Both the position numbers and the translations under genes were made by a program. Shown here piece by piece: positions 55,211 to 64,000 of a stretch of DNA of 64,000 nucleotides; positions within the stretch are counted from its first letter, which is position 1, and every line of letters begins with the position of its first letter. Below the pieces are notes generated by a model. The model worked only from the letters and a program-made list of their open reading frames with translations. It had not been told where the DNA came from and made no database searches. The DNA comes from Vicinamibacterales bacterium. Its GTDB lineage: Bacteria > Acidobacteriota > Vicinamibacteria > Vicinamibacterales > UBA8438. The DNA lies in NCBI GenBank assembly GCA_965200895.1, contig CBDAVM010000002.1, positions 741,028 through 805,027 of the forward strand. The letters run 5' to 3'.

Positions 55211-56128
55211 TTACTCCATTTCGCGCGGCATGGCCAGATGCACGAGGACCGCCGTGACGAGGAGCACGGCGGCGGCGAGCGCCAGCTCGACCCGTGCCGA
55301 GCGCAGCAGCGCCCGCGTGCCGGCCGGGTCGCCGAGCCGCGGGGTCACCCGCCGCCAGTTGTACGCGCCGACGGCGCCGGTGGCGAGGAACAATCCGATC
55401 TTGAGCAGCAGGACGCGCCCGTAGCCGGTCGTCCGGAGGTCGGCCAGCGCGCCGACGTAGAGCACGGCCAAGACGGCGCCGGAGCTCGCGAGACCGGCGA
55501 CGGCCACGACGGCCAGCGGCGAGAACCGCTGCACGAGATCGGCGATGCGCCGGTGCCCGGCCGGCGCGGCGGCGAAGCGGAACGCGACCGCGACGACCGC
55601 CGCCAGCGCGCCGATCCACACGCCTGCCCCGATTCCGTGGACGACCTGCGCGCCCCACGGGATGGGCGTGTCGAAGCTCGCGGCGTGACCGGTCAGCGGC
55701 AGCATGACCCAGAGGCCCGCCGTCGCCGCGGCCGCAATCCACCCGCCGGTCCGCGGCCACCAGCTCCAGCCGGCGGCCGCCACAGCGGCGAGCACGGCGC
55801 AAGCGGCCTGCGGCTGCCAGCGTCCGCCCCACCGGCTGTCGAACCCGACGACCCGCACCAGCTCCAGCGTCACCGGCTCGTCCAGCCCGAAGACCGACCA
55901 GGTCTGCGCGTAGAGCCGCGCCGCCGTCCCGACCAGGAGGATCGACCCGGCGCCCGCCGCGAGGGCCGCCAGGCGCCGCTCAGCGTCCGGCGCCGGTCGG
56001 CGCTCGGCGCCGGACCCGCACGGCAGCAGCCAACGGACCGTGACGGCGCCGGTCAGACCGATCAGGCCGACGTAGGTCACCACCCTGGCGCCGGCCAGCA
56101 GCACGATCGCGAATGCCTCACCATCCAT
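55211..56128 (-). CDS. copD: copper resistance protein CopD-family membrane protein
   Basis: Eight hydrophobic spans. TGHAAS and HGIGAGVWIGAL typical of CopD. Directly downstream of copC. Confidence 0.75.
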   Translation of the reverse strand: MDGEAFAIVLLAGARVVTYVGLIGLTGAVTVRWLLPCGSGAERRPAPDAERRLAALAAGAGSILLVGTAARLYAQTWSVFGLDEPVTLELVRVVGFDSRWGGRWQPQAACAVLAAVAAAGWSWWPRTGGWIAAAATAGLWVMLPLTGHAASFDTPIPWGAQVVHGIGAGVWIGALAAVVAVAFRFAAAPAGHRRIADLVQRFSPLAVVAVAGLASSGAVLAVLYVGALADLRTTGYGRVLLLKIGLFLATGAVGAYNWRRVTPRLGDPAGTRALLRSARVELALAAAVLLVTAVLVHLAMPREME

Positions 56129-56151
56129 GGCAACGGCTCGTCCGGCGGCAT

Positions 56152-56275
56152 CATGCCGCGCGGAGCGGACATGCCGTCGTGATCGTGATCGACATCCCGC
56201 GATACGGTCGGCTCGATGCCGCGCGGAGCGGACATGTCGTCGTGGTCAACACGACTCGATACGGCTGGCGTACCG
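56152..56275. repeat. about 64-bp tandem repeat (2 diverged copies) in the copC-copD spacer
   Basis: atgccgcgcggagcggacatg(c/t)cgtcgtg(a/g)tc.. occurs at 56152 and again at 56216. Confidence 0.8.
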
Positions 56276-56298
56276 GAACAGCGGGCCGCGCTCGCCGC

Positions 56299-56664
56299 TC
56301 AGTCCGCGGCGCGGACCGTGAACGCGAAGTCGCCCCGCTGGGTGTGCCCGTCGTCGCCGGCGGTGCGCCACCGCACGGTGTAGGTCCCGGTTTCGAGCTT
56401 CGACGGCAGCGCCGCCAGCAGCGACCTGTCGTCCCGCACTTCGGTGTCACCGATGGCGACCGCGCCGCCGGGCCCTTCCAGCGTCAGCCGGCTGATGACC
56501 GGGTCCGGCGCCTGGGTGAACCAGATCCGGATCTGCTGCGGCGCCTCCGACAGGACCGCGCCGTCCTCGGGCGCCGTCTCCCGGACCGGCATGTGGGCCG
56601 CGACGACGGCGACCGACACGACGACCAGCACGAGACTCCATCCCAACGTCTGCCACTTGCGCAT
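56299..56664 (-). CDS. copC: periplasmic copper-binding protein CopC
   Basis: GGAGGGAA RBS and ATG at 56664. Signal, then mature N-terminus HMPVRETAPEDGAVL (His-first CopC motif). YTVRWRTAGDDGHTQRGDFAFTV. Confidence 0.8.
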   Translation of the reverse strand: MRKWQTLGWSLVLVVVSVAVVAAHMPVRETAPEDGAVLSEAPQQIRIWFTQAPDPVISRLTLEGPGGAVAIGDTEVRDDRSLLAALPSKLETGTYTVRWRTAGDDGHTQRGDFAFTVRAAD

Positions 56665-56951
56665 CGGTGTTCCCTCCCTGTTTTCGATGTGACTGCTCTC
56701 CCCGGGAACGTGACCTGCCTCGCCCCCGAGCCTGCCCGCCATCCGAACGCAACCTCACGCCCCGCGACCGGCCCGGAATATCGGCCGGCGCTCGTGCCGG
56801 GATGAACGTGATCCGGGACCGGCCCGTCGGCGACCGCGCGACGCCAGACAGGCTCGGCGTGACCCCGCACGCCAAGGACCGACCCTTCGCGCACGCGGCG
56901 CCACAGCGCCTCCCATGCGTGACCCCGCACGCCAGGAACCGGCCACTTGCT

Positions 56952-59507
56952 TCAGAACTCCACCTCCGCGCCGATGTAGACGCTCCGGCCCAGCTCCGCG
57001 ATCCGCTGGCGCGTGAACGGATTGAACGAGTTCAGGTGGTTGACGTAGTACTCGTCGGTCAGGTTCTGCACGCCGGCCCGCAGCGTCAGCCCCTCGTTCA
57101 TGCGCACGCCGGCGAGCAGGTCGATCGTCGTCCAGCCCGCGGTGGGCGCCTCGAACCGCGTCACGGCGACGCGATTCTGGGCCGCCGTGTTCGTCACCAG
57201 CACCTCCAGCCAGCGGGTCCGCGCCGGGTTGTGGACATCCAGCGCATACTGCTGCTCGAACGGCGGCACGCCGAACAACGGCTCGTCGAACAGCAGATCC
57301 TCGGCCCGCACGTACGACCAGCCGCCCCGCAGGTCGATCCACGGCCCGGCGGAGGAGGTCGCGGTCAGGTCGAAGCCGGCGAAGCGGGCCTGGTCGGCCT
57401 GCACGTAGCGGAAGAGCTGGTCCGGACTGAGCGGCAGGCGCCGGGCCAGGTTCGGGTCGTGCGCCACGGTGATGTAGTCGTCGACGTTGCGCAGGAAAAC
57501 GTCGAGGGTGACCGCCGCCTCGGCAAGGCGCAGCGTCGTCCCCGCGTTGAACTCCAGGCTCTTCTCGGGGACGAGGTGCGGATTGCCCACGAACTCGGCC
57601 GCCGTCTGGAACTTCACGGCCGGGAAGCGGTCGGCGTAGCGCTCCAGCGCCGACGGGTTGCGGACCGCGCGGCCTGCGCCCGCCGTGACCAGCCAGTTGT
57701 CGGTCACGCGCAGGCTGGCGCTGGCGGCGGCGCTGACGTTCGCGTTGGTCTGCGCGAACGGGTCGCCCGGGACGAGCATCGCCGCGCCGTGGCCCGCGTG
57801 GGCGTCGTGCCCCATGTCGTGACCGGCGCCATGTCCCGCGCCATGCCCGGCGTGGCTGCCGCTGCCGTGATCGTGCGTCCCCTGCCCGGACGTCGGCGTC
57901 CTGCACTGCGCGGTGACGCAGTGGAACTGCCCGTCCGCCGTGCGCAGCGCGTAGTCCGGCACGGCGTTGGCGGCGAAGAACGACGTGACCTGCCCCACCC
58001 GCGCCTGTTCGCGGTCGATGCGCACCGTCGCGCCGACCGTGCTCCGTCCCCGGTCGACGAGCACCTGGGCGTAGGCGCCGGCGTTGGTCAGCATCGCGTC
58101 CGGCCAGACCGGATGCCGGTCGTGGTGGATCGCGCCGGTCGCGCGGTCGCTGATCGTCTGCGTGGCGTTCTGCCCCAGCCGGTAGGCGTCGAACCCCAGC
58201 TTGTAGCGCAGCGGACCCGCCGCCAGCGCAGCGTGGAACCGGCCGCCGACCGTGTCCGCCGAGGTCGGCAGATCGACGCGGATGGGGAACGGCGGCGTCC
58301 GCTGCGGATCCGGCAGCGCGGTCGGCTTGTGGTGGTTGTTCATCAGGTGGTCCTTGCGGTTCACGTAGGCGCGGCCCGCGACCTCCGTCAGGACCCCGGC
58401 CGCCGGCGCGTGCGAGAACGCCAGCGCGTGCGACTGTGTCTCGAAGAACGTGGCGTCGAGCAGGCGGCCCGGATAGTCGAGGTCGTTCTGCTGCTGGAAG
58501 CCGCCGCTGTACTCCAGCAGCGTCCGCCGGCCGAGGCGCGCGCCGAGGTCCCAGCGCGTGTCGAACGACTCGTAGTCGCCCTGCACCGTGTCGCCGTTGC
58601 CGTCGGTGTAGTCGCCGCCCACGCGGGCGTTGTGCTGGAAGGTGAACCGCAGCCGTTCGGAGCTGCCGTGGAGACTGGCGAATCCGTCGTTGGCCCCGCC
58701 GTTGCCGCCGTAGTTGTAGCCGGCGCGACCCCCGAACTCGAAGCCGCCGGCGCCGAAGGCCGGCTTGAACGTCTCGGCCTGGATGGCGCTGAGCGCGCCG
58801 GCGCCCCAGGTCAGCGCATACGGCCCCCGCACCACGCGCAGCGACTGCAGCGCGTGCGGACTGATGTGGCTCAGCGCCGAGTCCATGCGGGCCGGCCCCG
58901 CCGCGAAGATGCGCGTCCCGTCGACGAAGACGCCGATCTGCTCGGCGTACAGCCCGCGGACCGACGGGTCGAGGTTGATGGACCCGCGCCGCACCGCGGT
59001 CACCCCGGCGTGGCTGCGCAGCGACTGCGCGAGGTCCTGCGCCACGCGGCGTTCGATCGCCGATGCCGGAGTGACGAGCTCGGTCGCCAGTTCCGGCATC
59101 AGGGCGGTGACGCGCACTTCCTGGGCGAAGCCCCCCACCTCGAGCGTGATCGCGGCGCGCGCGCCGCCCGGCCCGACCGTGAGCGGCTCCTCGTACGGCG
59201 CGAACCCGAGGAGGCTGGCCGCGAGCACGTACTCGCCGGCGACCACGCCCGCGATGCCGAACGCGCCGCTGCGGTCCGTGACCGCCGAGGCGACGAAGGC
59301 GCCGCCCGGCGCGCGGAGCACCACCGCAACGCCCGGCAGCGCCAGCCCCTGTGCGTCGGCCACCGATCCGCCCACCGTCGCCGCCTCCTGCGCCTGTGCG
59401 GCGGGGACCAGCAGCCCGAACAGCAACAATAGCCCGCCGACGCGCCGCCCCGTCCCGTCCCGTCGCCACGCGTCACGCTGCGTGATGCCCGGGTCAGCCC
59501 GCAGCAT
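56952..59507 (-). CDS. TonB-dependent receptor with an N-terminal carboxypeptidase-regulatory-like domain and a His-rich loop
   Basis: Start uncertain (ATG 59507 or 59588). GGSVADAQGLALPGVAVVL (CarbopepD_reg), plug domain VRRGSINLDPSVRGL, C-terminal SVYIGAEVEF. Loop GQGTHDHGSGSHAGHGAGHGAGHDMGHDAHAGHG. Confidence 0.85.
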   Translation of the reverse strand: MLRADPGITQRDAWRRDGTGRRVGGLLLLFGLLVPAAQAQEAATVGGSVADAQGLALPGVAVVLRAPGGAFVASAVTDRSGAFGIAGVVAGEYVLAASLLGFAPYEEPLTVGPGGARAAITLEVGGFAQEVRVTALMPELATELVTPASAIERRVAQDLAQSLRSHAGVTAVRRGSINLDPSVRGLYAEQIGVFVDGTRIFAAGPARMDSALSHISPHALQSLRVVRGPYALTWGAGALSAIQAETFKPAFGAGGFEFGGRAGYNYGGNGGANDGFASLHGSSERLRFTFQHNARVGGDYTDGNGDTVQGDYESFDTRWDLGARLGRRTLLEYSGGFQQQNDLDYPGRLLDATFFETQSHALAFSHAPAAGVLTEVAGRAYVNRKDHLMNNHHKPTALPDPQRTPPFPIRVDLPTSADTVGGRFHAALAAGPLRYKLGFDAYRLGQNATQTISDRATGAIHHDRHPVWPDAMLTNAGAYAQVLVDRGRSTVGATVRIDREQARVGQVTSFFAANAVPDYALRTADGQFHCVTAQCRTPTSGQGTHDHGSGSHAGHGAGHGAGHDMGHDAHAGHGAAMLVPGDPFAQTNANVSAAASASLRVTDNWLVTAGAGRAVRNPSALERYADRFPAVKFQTAAEFVGNPHLVPEKSLEFNAGTTLRLAEAAVTLDVFLRNVDDYITVAHDPNLARRLPLSPDQLFRYVQADQARFAGFDLTATSSAGPWIDLRGGWSYVRAEDLLFDEPLFGVPPFEQQYALDVHNPARTRWLEVLVTNTAAQNRVAVTRFEAPTAGWTTIDLLAGVRMNEGLTLRAGVQNLTDEYYVNHLNSFNPFTRQRIAELGRSVYIGAEVEF

Positions 59508-59723
59508 GCCCGGGTCAGCCCGCAGCCCGCCGACGCGCCGCCCCGTCCCGTCCCGTCGCCTCCTCCCGTCCCGACACCTCTGCGACATCTCGACTACCCC
59601 CCCAACCCGGACGGTCGCCCCGCTGCGGCCCGCGGCGCGCCGAAACCTCGGCACGGACGCCGCGGTCGGCGCGAGACGCCACCCGACATCGAACGAAGAG
59701 CGAATGCGGTCTGTGAAGGGAGG

Positions 59724-60143
59724 TCAGACGCGGGGGGGTGGGGGGGCGGGGGCGCCGCCGACGGTGTCAGCGGCGACGCGGAGCGCGCTGACGCGATCGA
59801 GGCTCGCAAGGTGGATGTGCGTCTCGAACGCGTCGGGCGTGAATTCGGTGAGGCCGAGCAGTCCGGTGAGCGCGTCGTCGAGCGAGCTGCACCCGATCAG
59901 GCGCGGCCGGTCATCGCCGGCGTCGGCGCGCCTAGCGGCGTCCGCGCCTTCGCCCCGGTCGGCGCGCTTCATCGGGCACATGGCCCCGTGCTCGCCGCCC
60001 TCGCAGCAGGCCGGCGCGGCGGACTCGGAAGCGACCATCACCGCCCGGCAGCAGAGCGCGGCCGGCAGCAGCGCCAGCGCGGCGAGCTTCCAGGCGATGA
60101 CAGCGACGACCGTGCCGTTGCGGAACGTGCGAACGGGACCCAT
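59724..60143 (-). CDS. small membrane-anchored Cys/Met-rich protein (possible metal-binding accessory protein)
   Basis: ATG at 60143, TM VVAVIAWKLAALALLPAALCC, then APACCEGGEHGAMCPM. Directly upstream of the TonB receptor on the same strand. Confidence 0.5.
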   Translation of the reverse strand: MGPVRTFRNGTVVAVIAWKLAALALLPAALCCRAVMVASESAAPACCEGGEHGAMCPMKRADRGEGADAARRADAGDDRPRLIGCSSLDDALTGLLGLTEFTPDAFETHIHLASLDRVSALRVAADTVGGAPAPPPPRV

Positions 60144-60269
60144 GATGTCCGGCCTGCCAAGGCGCTCAGGCGCAGACGACGGCTCCCTGGGGAACCGGTC
60201 GGTCGCCGAGCGCATCTTCTTGCCGTCATTATAGCGTCTGCATCAACGGCGTCGAGCGGCCGGTAGTGT

Positions 60270-60479
60270 GTCATTCTGACTTTCGCCGTGCTGTGGGAGA
60301 TCAACCTCGGCTCGGCGGTGACCGGCTTCCCCATCACCTACGCCGTCGACGGCCGGCAGTACGTGGCGGTGAGCACCGGCTCGGCGGCGACCGCCTCCGG
60401 TTTCCTCGGCCTGACGCGCGAGCTGCGCCCGAGCGCCGGCAACACGCTGTTCGTGTTCGCGCTCCCGGACGGCCGGTGA
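60270..60479 (+). pseudogene. orphan C-terminal blade of a PQQ-dependent dehydrogenase
   Basis: LWEINLGSAVTGFPITYAVDGRQYVAVSTGSA...NTLFVFALPDGR-stop is the typical last propeller blade. There is no upstream gene body (a stop sits just 5'). Confidence 0.65.
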
Positions 60480-60538
60480 GCGCACCGCCGGTGAGCGCAC
60501 CGCCGGTGCGGACGTCGAGACGCCGGGAGCGGATTCGG

Positions 60539-63097
60539 CTACTCCGCTCGCAGGGTGAGCAACGGCTTGCGCCGCAGCACGTCCATGCTGGAGGCCACCC
60601 CCACCACGAGCACGACGACCGCCGTAATCAGTACCCCGCCGACGTTGATGGCCGGCGCCGGCGTCCACGGCACGTCGAGCACCTGCCGCGTGAGCACCCA
60701 CGTCAGCGCCAGCGCGCCGACCGATCCGACCAACCCCGCCAGCGTCCCCAGCACGCCGTACTCGAACAGGTACATCACGGCAATCAGGCGGGTGTTCGCG
60801 CCGAGCGTCTTGAACACCGCGGCGTCGAAGAGCCGCTGGAACTTCGTCATCGCCACCGAGCCGATCAGGATCAGGCCGCCTGTGAGGACGGCGATGGCGC
60901 CGACCACGGTGACGGCCAGCGTGACGTAGTCGAGTACCCGGCGAAACGTCCGGATGATCTCCAGTCCGTCGATGACCGAAACGTTCGGATAGCGGTCGAC
61001 GAGATTTCGCTGCAGCGCGCCGCGCGCGTCCGCCTCCACCGGTCCCCGCAGGAAGCTGATGTAGGTGTGCGGCGCGCCGTCGAACGTGCCGGGGCGGAAG
61101 AGGAACATGAAGCCGCCGCTCCGTGAGTCGTCCCAGTCGACGGCGCGAACGCTCGTCACACGCGCCTCGACAGTGCGGCCGAGGACATCGAACCGCACCG
61201 TGTCGCCCAGCCGCATGCCGCGCTCCACGAGGCTGTCCTCGATGGAGACCTCGGGCGAGGTCGCAGGCGCAGCGTCCCAGAACTCGCCCGCCACTACTCG
61301 CTCGTTCTCCTCGAGCCGCTCGCGGTAGGTCACCGTGTACTCGCGCCCGAACCCTGCACGCCGCACCTCCTGCCGGCCCTGGATCGACGTGTCCGGTCCG
61401 GTCACCGCAGTCACCCGGGCGCGCAGCACCGGAATCAGGACCGGTGCCTCCGCGCCGCCGGGACCGCCGAGCCCCGCGTCCCGGAGAACACGCGTCACTC
61501 CGGCCGCCTGGTCCTGCTGTACGTCGATGAGGAACATGTCGGGCATGTCGTCGCGCAGCTCGAGCGAGAACGAGGCCAGCAGGTTCGCCTGCACCGCATG
61601 CACGCCGATGATGAAGAAGCTGCCCAGCCCCACCGCGAGCAGGACGACCCGCGTCTGGTTCCCCGGGCGACGCAGATTCAATGCGGCGTGCCGGAGCGGG
61701 AACCAGCGCGTCGCTTCCAGCGGGCGCGTCATGCGCACCAACGCCCGGCCCAGCAGATGCAGCGCGCCGGCCACACCGACAAAGCCGCCGGCCACGTAGG
61801 CGCCGACCTCCAGGGAGGCGGCCTGCCACGCCGCCACGGCGACGAGCCCCAGTCCCACGAGCGCCGTCGCGGCTATCCGTACGGGGTCGCCGGGGAGCAT
61901 GGCCGGCGTCTCACCCTGCCGCAGCAGCAGCAACGGCTTGGCGTGACGCGTATCGAGCAACGGCACAAGGGCGAACAGCAGCGACACCAGCAGCCCGACG
62001 GCCAGCCCCTGCGCCACTGCCGACAGGGTCAGCTCGGTCGAGACCACGCCGAAACCGGTGGTCGCCGCCGCCTGCGCCGCCAGGGAATCAGGCACGCCGG
62101 CCAGCACCGCCCAGGCGACGCCGATCCCGAGCAGCGCCCCGCCCAGCCCCAGCAGCGCGACCTGCACGACATAAACGGCGAGCACGCTGCCTGCGGTTGC
62201 GCCGAGGCACTTCAGAATGGCGGCACTGCGGAGCCGCTGCTGCACGAAGACCCGGGTGACGCTCCAGACGCCGATGCCGCCCAGGATGACGATGACGAAT
62301 CCGATCAGGCTGAGGTAGTTCTCCGCCCGCGAGAAGTTGCGTTCGATGCGGTTCTCCGTCCGCCGGTAGGAGCCGGTGCGGACGAACGCCTCCTGAAGGT
62401 CCTCCCGCAGAAGTCGAACCAGCGGCTCGATGGACTCTTCCGGCACCCGCAGCAGAATCTGGCGTTCCGCACGACTCGCGAAACCGAGCAGACCGGTCGC
62501 CTCCAGCGCGTCGTGCGACACCAGCACGCGGGGACCGAGGCTGAAGCCGCCGAGCTGGCGCCCCGGCTCGGTCACGATCGAGTCCCGGATCGTGAACGTC
62601 TCGTCGCCGATCAGTATCTCGTCACCGACCGCGACACCGAGCTGTGGCAGCAGTTCCCGACCCACCAGGGCGCCCCGGTCGCGGAGCAGGGCCGGCGAGT
62701 ACGCCGCGCCGCTCTCCAGCGTGAACCGGCCGTAGAACGGGAAGGCAGGCTCGACGCCACGCACCTCGACCACCTTCGTCCGGTTCCCCGCACCGGCCGG
62801 CAGGCGCGCCATCGTGACCGTGTCGACCGTCTCGGTCGACTCCGCACCGGCCACCTCGGCCACCCGCGCCTCGATCCGGCCGCGTACCGCGTCGGACCAC
62901 GGCTGGTCCGTCCGGACATAGATGTCGCCCGCGGTCAGGCCGCGCGCCTCGGCCGCCAGCGCCGTGCGGACGTTCTGCACCAGCGAGCGCAGCGCGACGA
63001 TGCCGCCGACGCCGATGGCGACGCAGCAGAAGAAGAAGATCAGGCGGCGCCACGAGGCCCGCAACTCCCGATACGCCATCCGCAGGACAAAAGCCAT
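60539..63097 (-). CDS. ABC transporter permease with two FtsX-like domains (YbbP-like)
   Basis: 852 aa. MAYRELRASWRRLIFFFCCVAIGV start and two 4-TM FtsX modules separated by a large soluble region. Confidence 0.85.
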   Translation of the reverse strand: MAFVLRMAYRELRASWRRLIFFFCCVAIGVGGIVALRSLVQNVRTALAAEARGLTAGDIYVRTDQPWSDAVRGRIEARVAEVAGAESTETVDTVTMARLPAGAGNRTKVVEVRGVEPAFPFYGRFTLESGAAYSPALLRDRGALVGRELLPQLGVAVGDEILIGDETFTIRDSIVTEPGRQLGGFSLGPRVLVSHDALEATGLLGFASRAERQILLRVPEESIEPLVRLLREDLQEAFVRTGSYRRTENRIERNFSRAENYLSLIGFVIVILGGIGVWSVTRVFVQQRLRSAAILKCLGATAGSVLAVYVVQVALLGLGGALLGIGVAWAVLAGVPDSLAAQAAATTGFGVVSTELTLSAVAQGLAVGLLVSLLFALVPLLDTRHAKPLLLLRQGETPAMLPGDPVRIAATALVGLGLVAVAAWQAASLEVGAYVAGGFVGVAGALHLLGRALVRMTRPLEATRWFPLRHAALNLRRPGNQTRVVLLAVGLGSFFIIGVHAVQANLLASFSLELRDDMPDMFLIDVQQDQAAGVTRVLRDAGLGGPGGAEAPVLIPVLRARVTAVTGPDTSIQGRQEVRRAGFGREYTVTYRERLEENERVVAGEFWDAAPATSPEVSIEDSLVERGMRLGDTVRFDVLGRTVEARVTSVRAVDWDDSRSGGFMFLFRPGTFDGAPHTYISFLRGPVEADARGALQRNLVDRYPNVSVIDGLEIIRTFRRVLDYVTLAVTVVGAIAVLTGGLILIGSVAMTKFQRLFDAAVFKTLGANTRLIAVMYLFEYGVLGTLAGLVGSVGALALTWVLTRQVLDVPWTPAPAINVGGVLITAVVVLVVGVASSMDVLRRKPLLTLRAE

Positions 63098-63115
63098 GAT
63101 TATGGGGGCAGACCG

Positions 63116-63823
<708 letters not shown>

Positions 63824-63896
63824 CGGATGCAAGGGACCTCCCTGCCGGCCCTGCGCGTATGGAATCGGAACCCGGAACGCGCGGTTCGAGCGGAAC

Positions 63897-64000
63897 TCAA
63901 CGGCTCTCCCGCCCGGCCGCGACATCCCGCAGCAGCGGCGCCAGCGACGGCCAGAGATGTTCGGCGACGCGAGCGGCGCCGGCCTCGTTCGGATGGATGC
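63897..64000 (-). CDS. SGNH/GDSL arylesterase (TesA-like), C-terminal part only (5' end outside the window)
   Basis: Reverse strand reads ..IHPNEAGAARVAEHLWPSLAPLLRDVAAGRESR-stop. The (D)xxHPN block V of SGNH hydrolases is present. tesA-ybbA-ybbP linkage is known from enterobacteria. Confidence 0.55.
   Translation of the reverse strand, partial: IHPNEAGAARVAEHLWPSLAPLLRDVAAGRESR

Overview
High-GC (by eye roughly 68-72% G+C) bacterial chromosomal segment of Gram-negative type: it has a TonB-dependent receptor, lipoboxes and many Tat/Sec signals. The phylum cannot be assigned from sequence alone. The backbone encodes mostly periplasmic redox and cofactor enzymes. These include two PQQ dehydrogenases that both carry the Asp-x-Asp metal-site variant, a SoxCD-like Mo-enzyme/cytochrome pair, a DUF1592/DUF1552/ankyrin operon, and several quinone oxidoreductases/SDRs. 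Also present are Tat-exported PLP enzymes, a copC-copD plus His-rich TonB receptor cluster, vapBC, and a ybbA/ybbP-like ABC pair next to a tesA-like fragment at the window edge. Two accessory regions interrupt this backbone. Island A (about 9.9-24.7 kb) is bracketed by 286-bp direct repeats of the 3' end of a lipoprotein gene. It also contains about 0.6-kb inverted repeats, a stretch of frameshifted pseudogenes (including a DNA methyltransferase), an IS5/IS1182-like and an IS21-like element, and a truncated RES toxin. Inside it sits an intact four-gene cluster, which is the most unusual thing in the window: a lipoprotein made of about 140 consecutive Gly-Asp dipeptides plus a poly-Asp tail, followed by an aspartyl/asparaginyl beta-hydroxylase-family oxygenase. 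Island B (about 46.35-53.5 kb) is lower in GC and mosaic. It holds adhesin fragments, a TerB-like/P-loop ATPase/PD-(D/E)xK module behind a near-consensus sigma70 promoter, an IstB remnant and an AbiEii-type toxin pair. Short exact tandem duplications (15-24 bp, plus 64 and 198 bp) recur across the window. I saw no rRNA, tRNA or CRISPR array by eye. Many long ORFs in the track are antisense or shadow ORFs typical of high-GC DNA. All coordinates for starts, repeat ends and IS ends are manual estimates.
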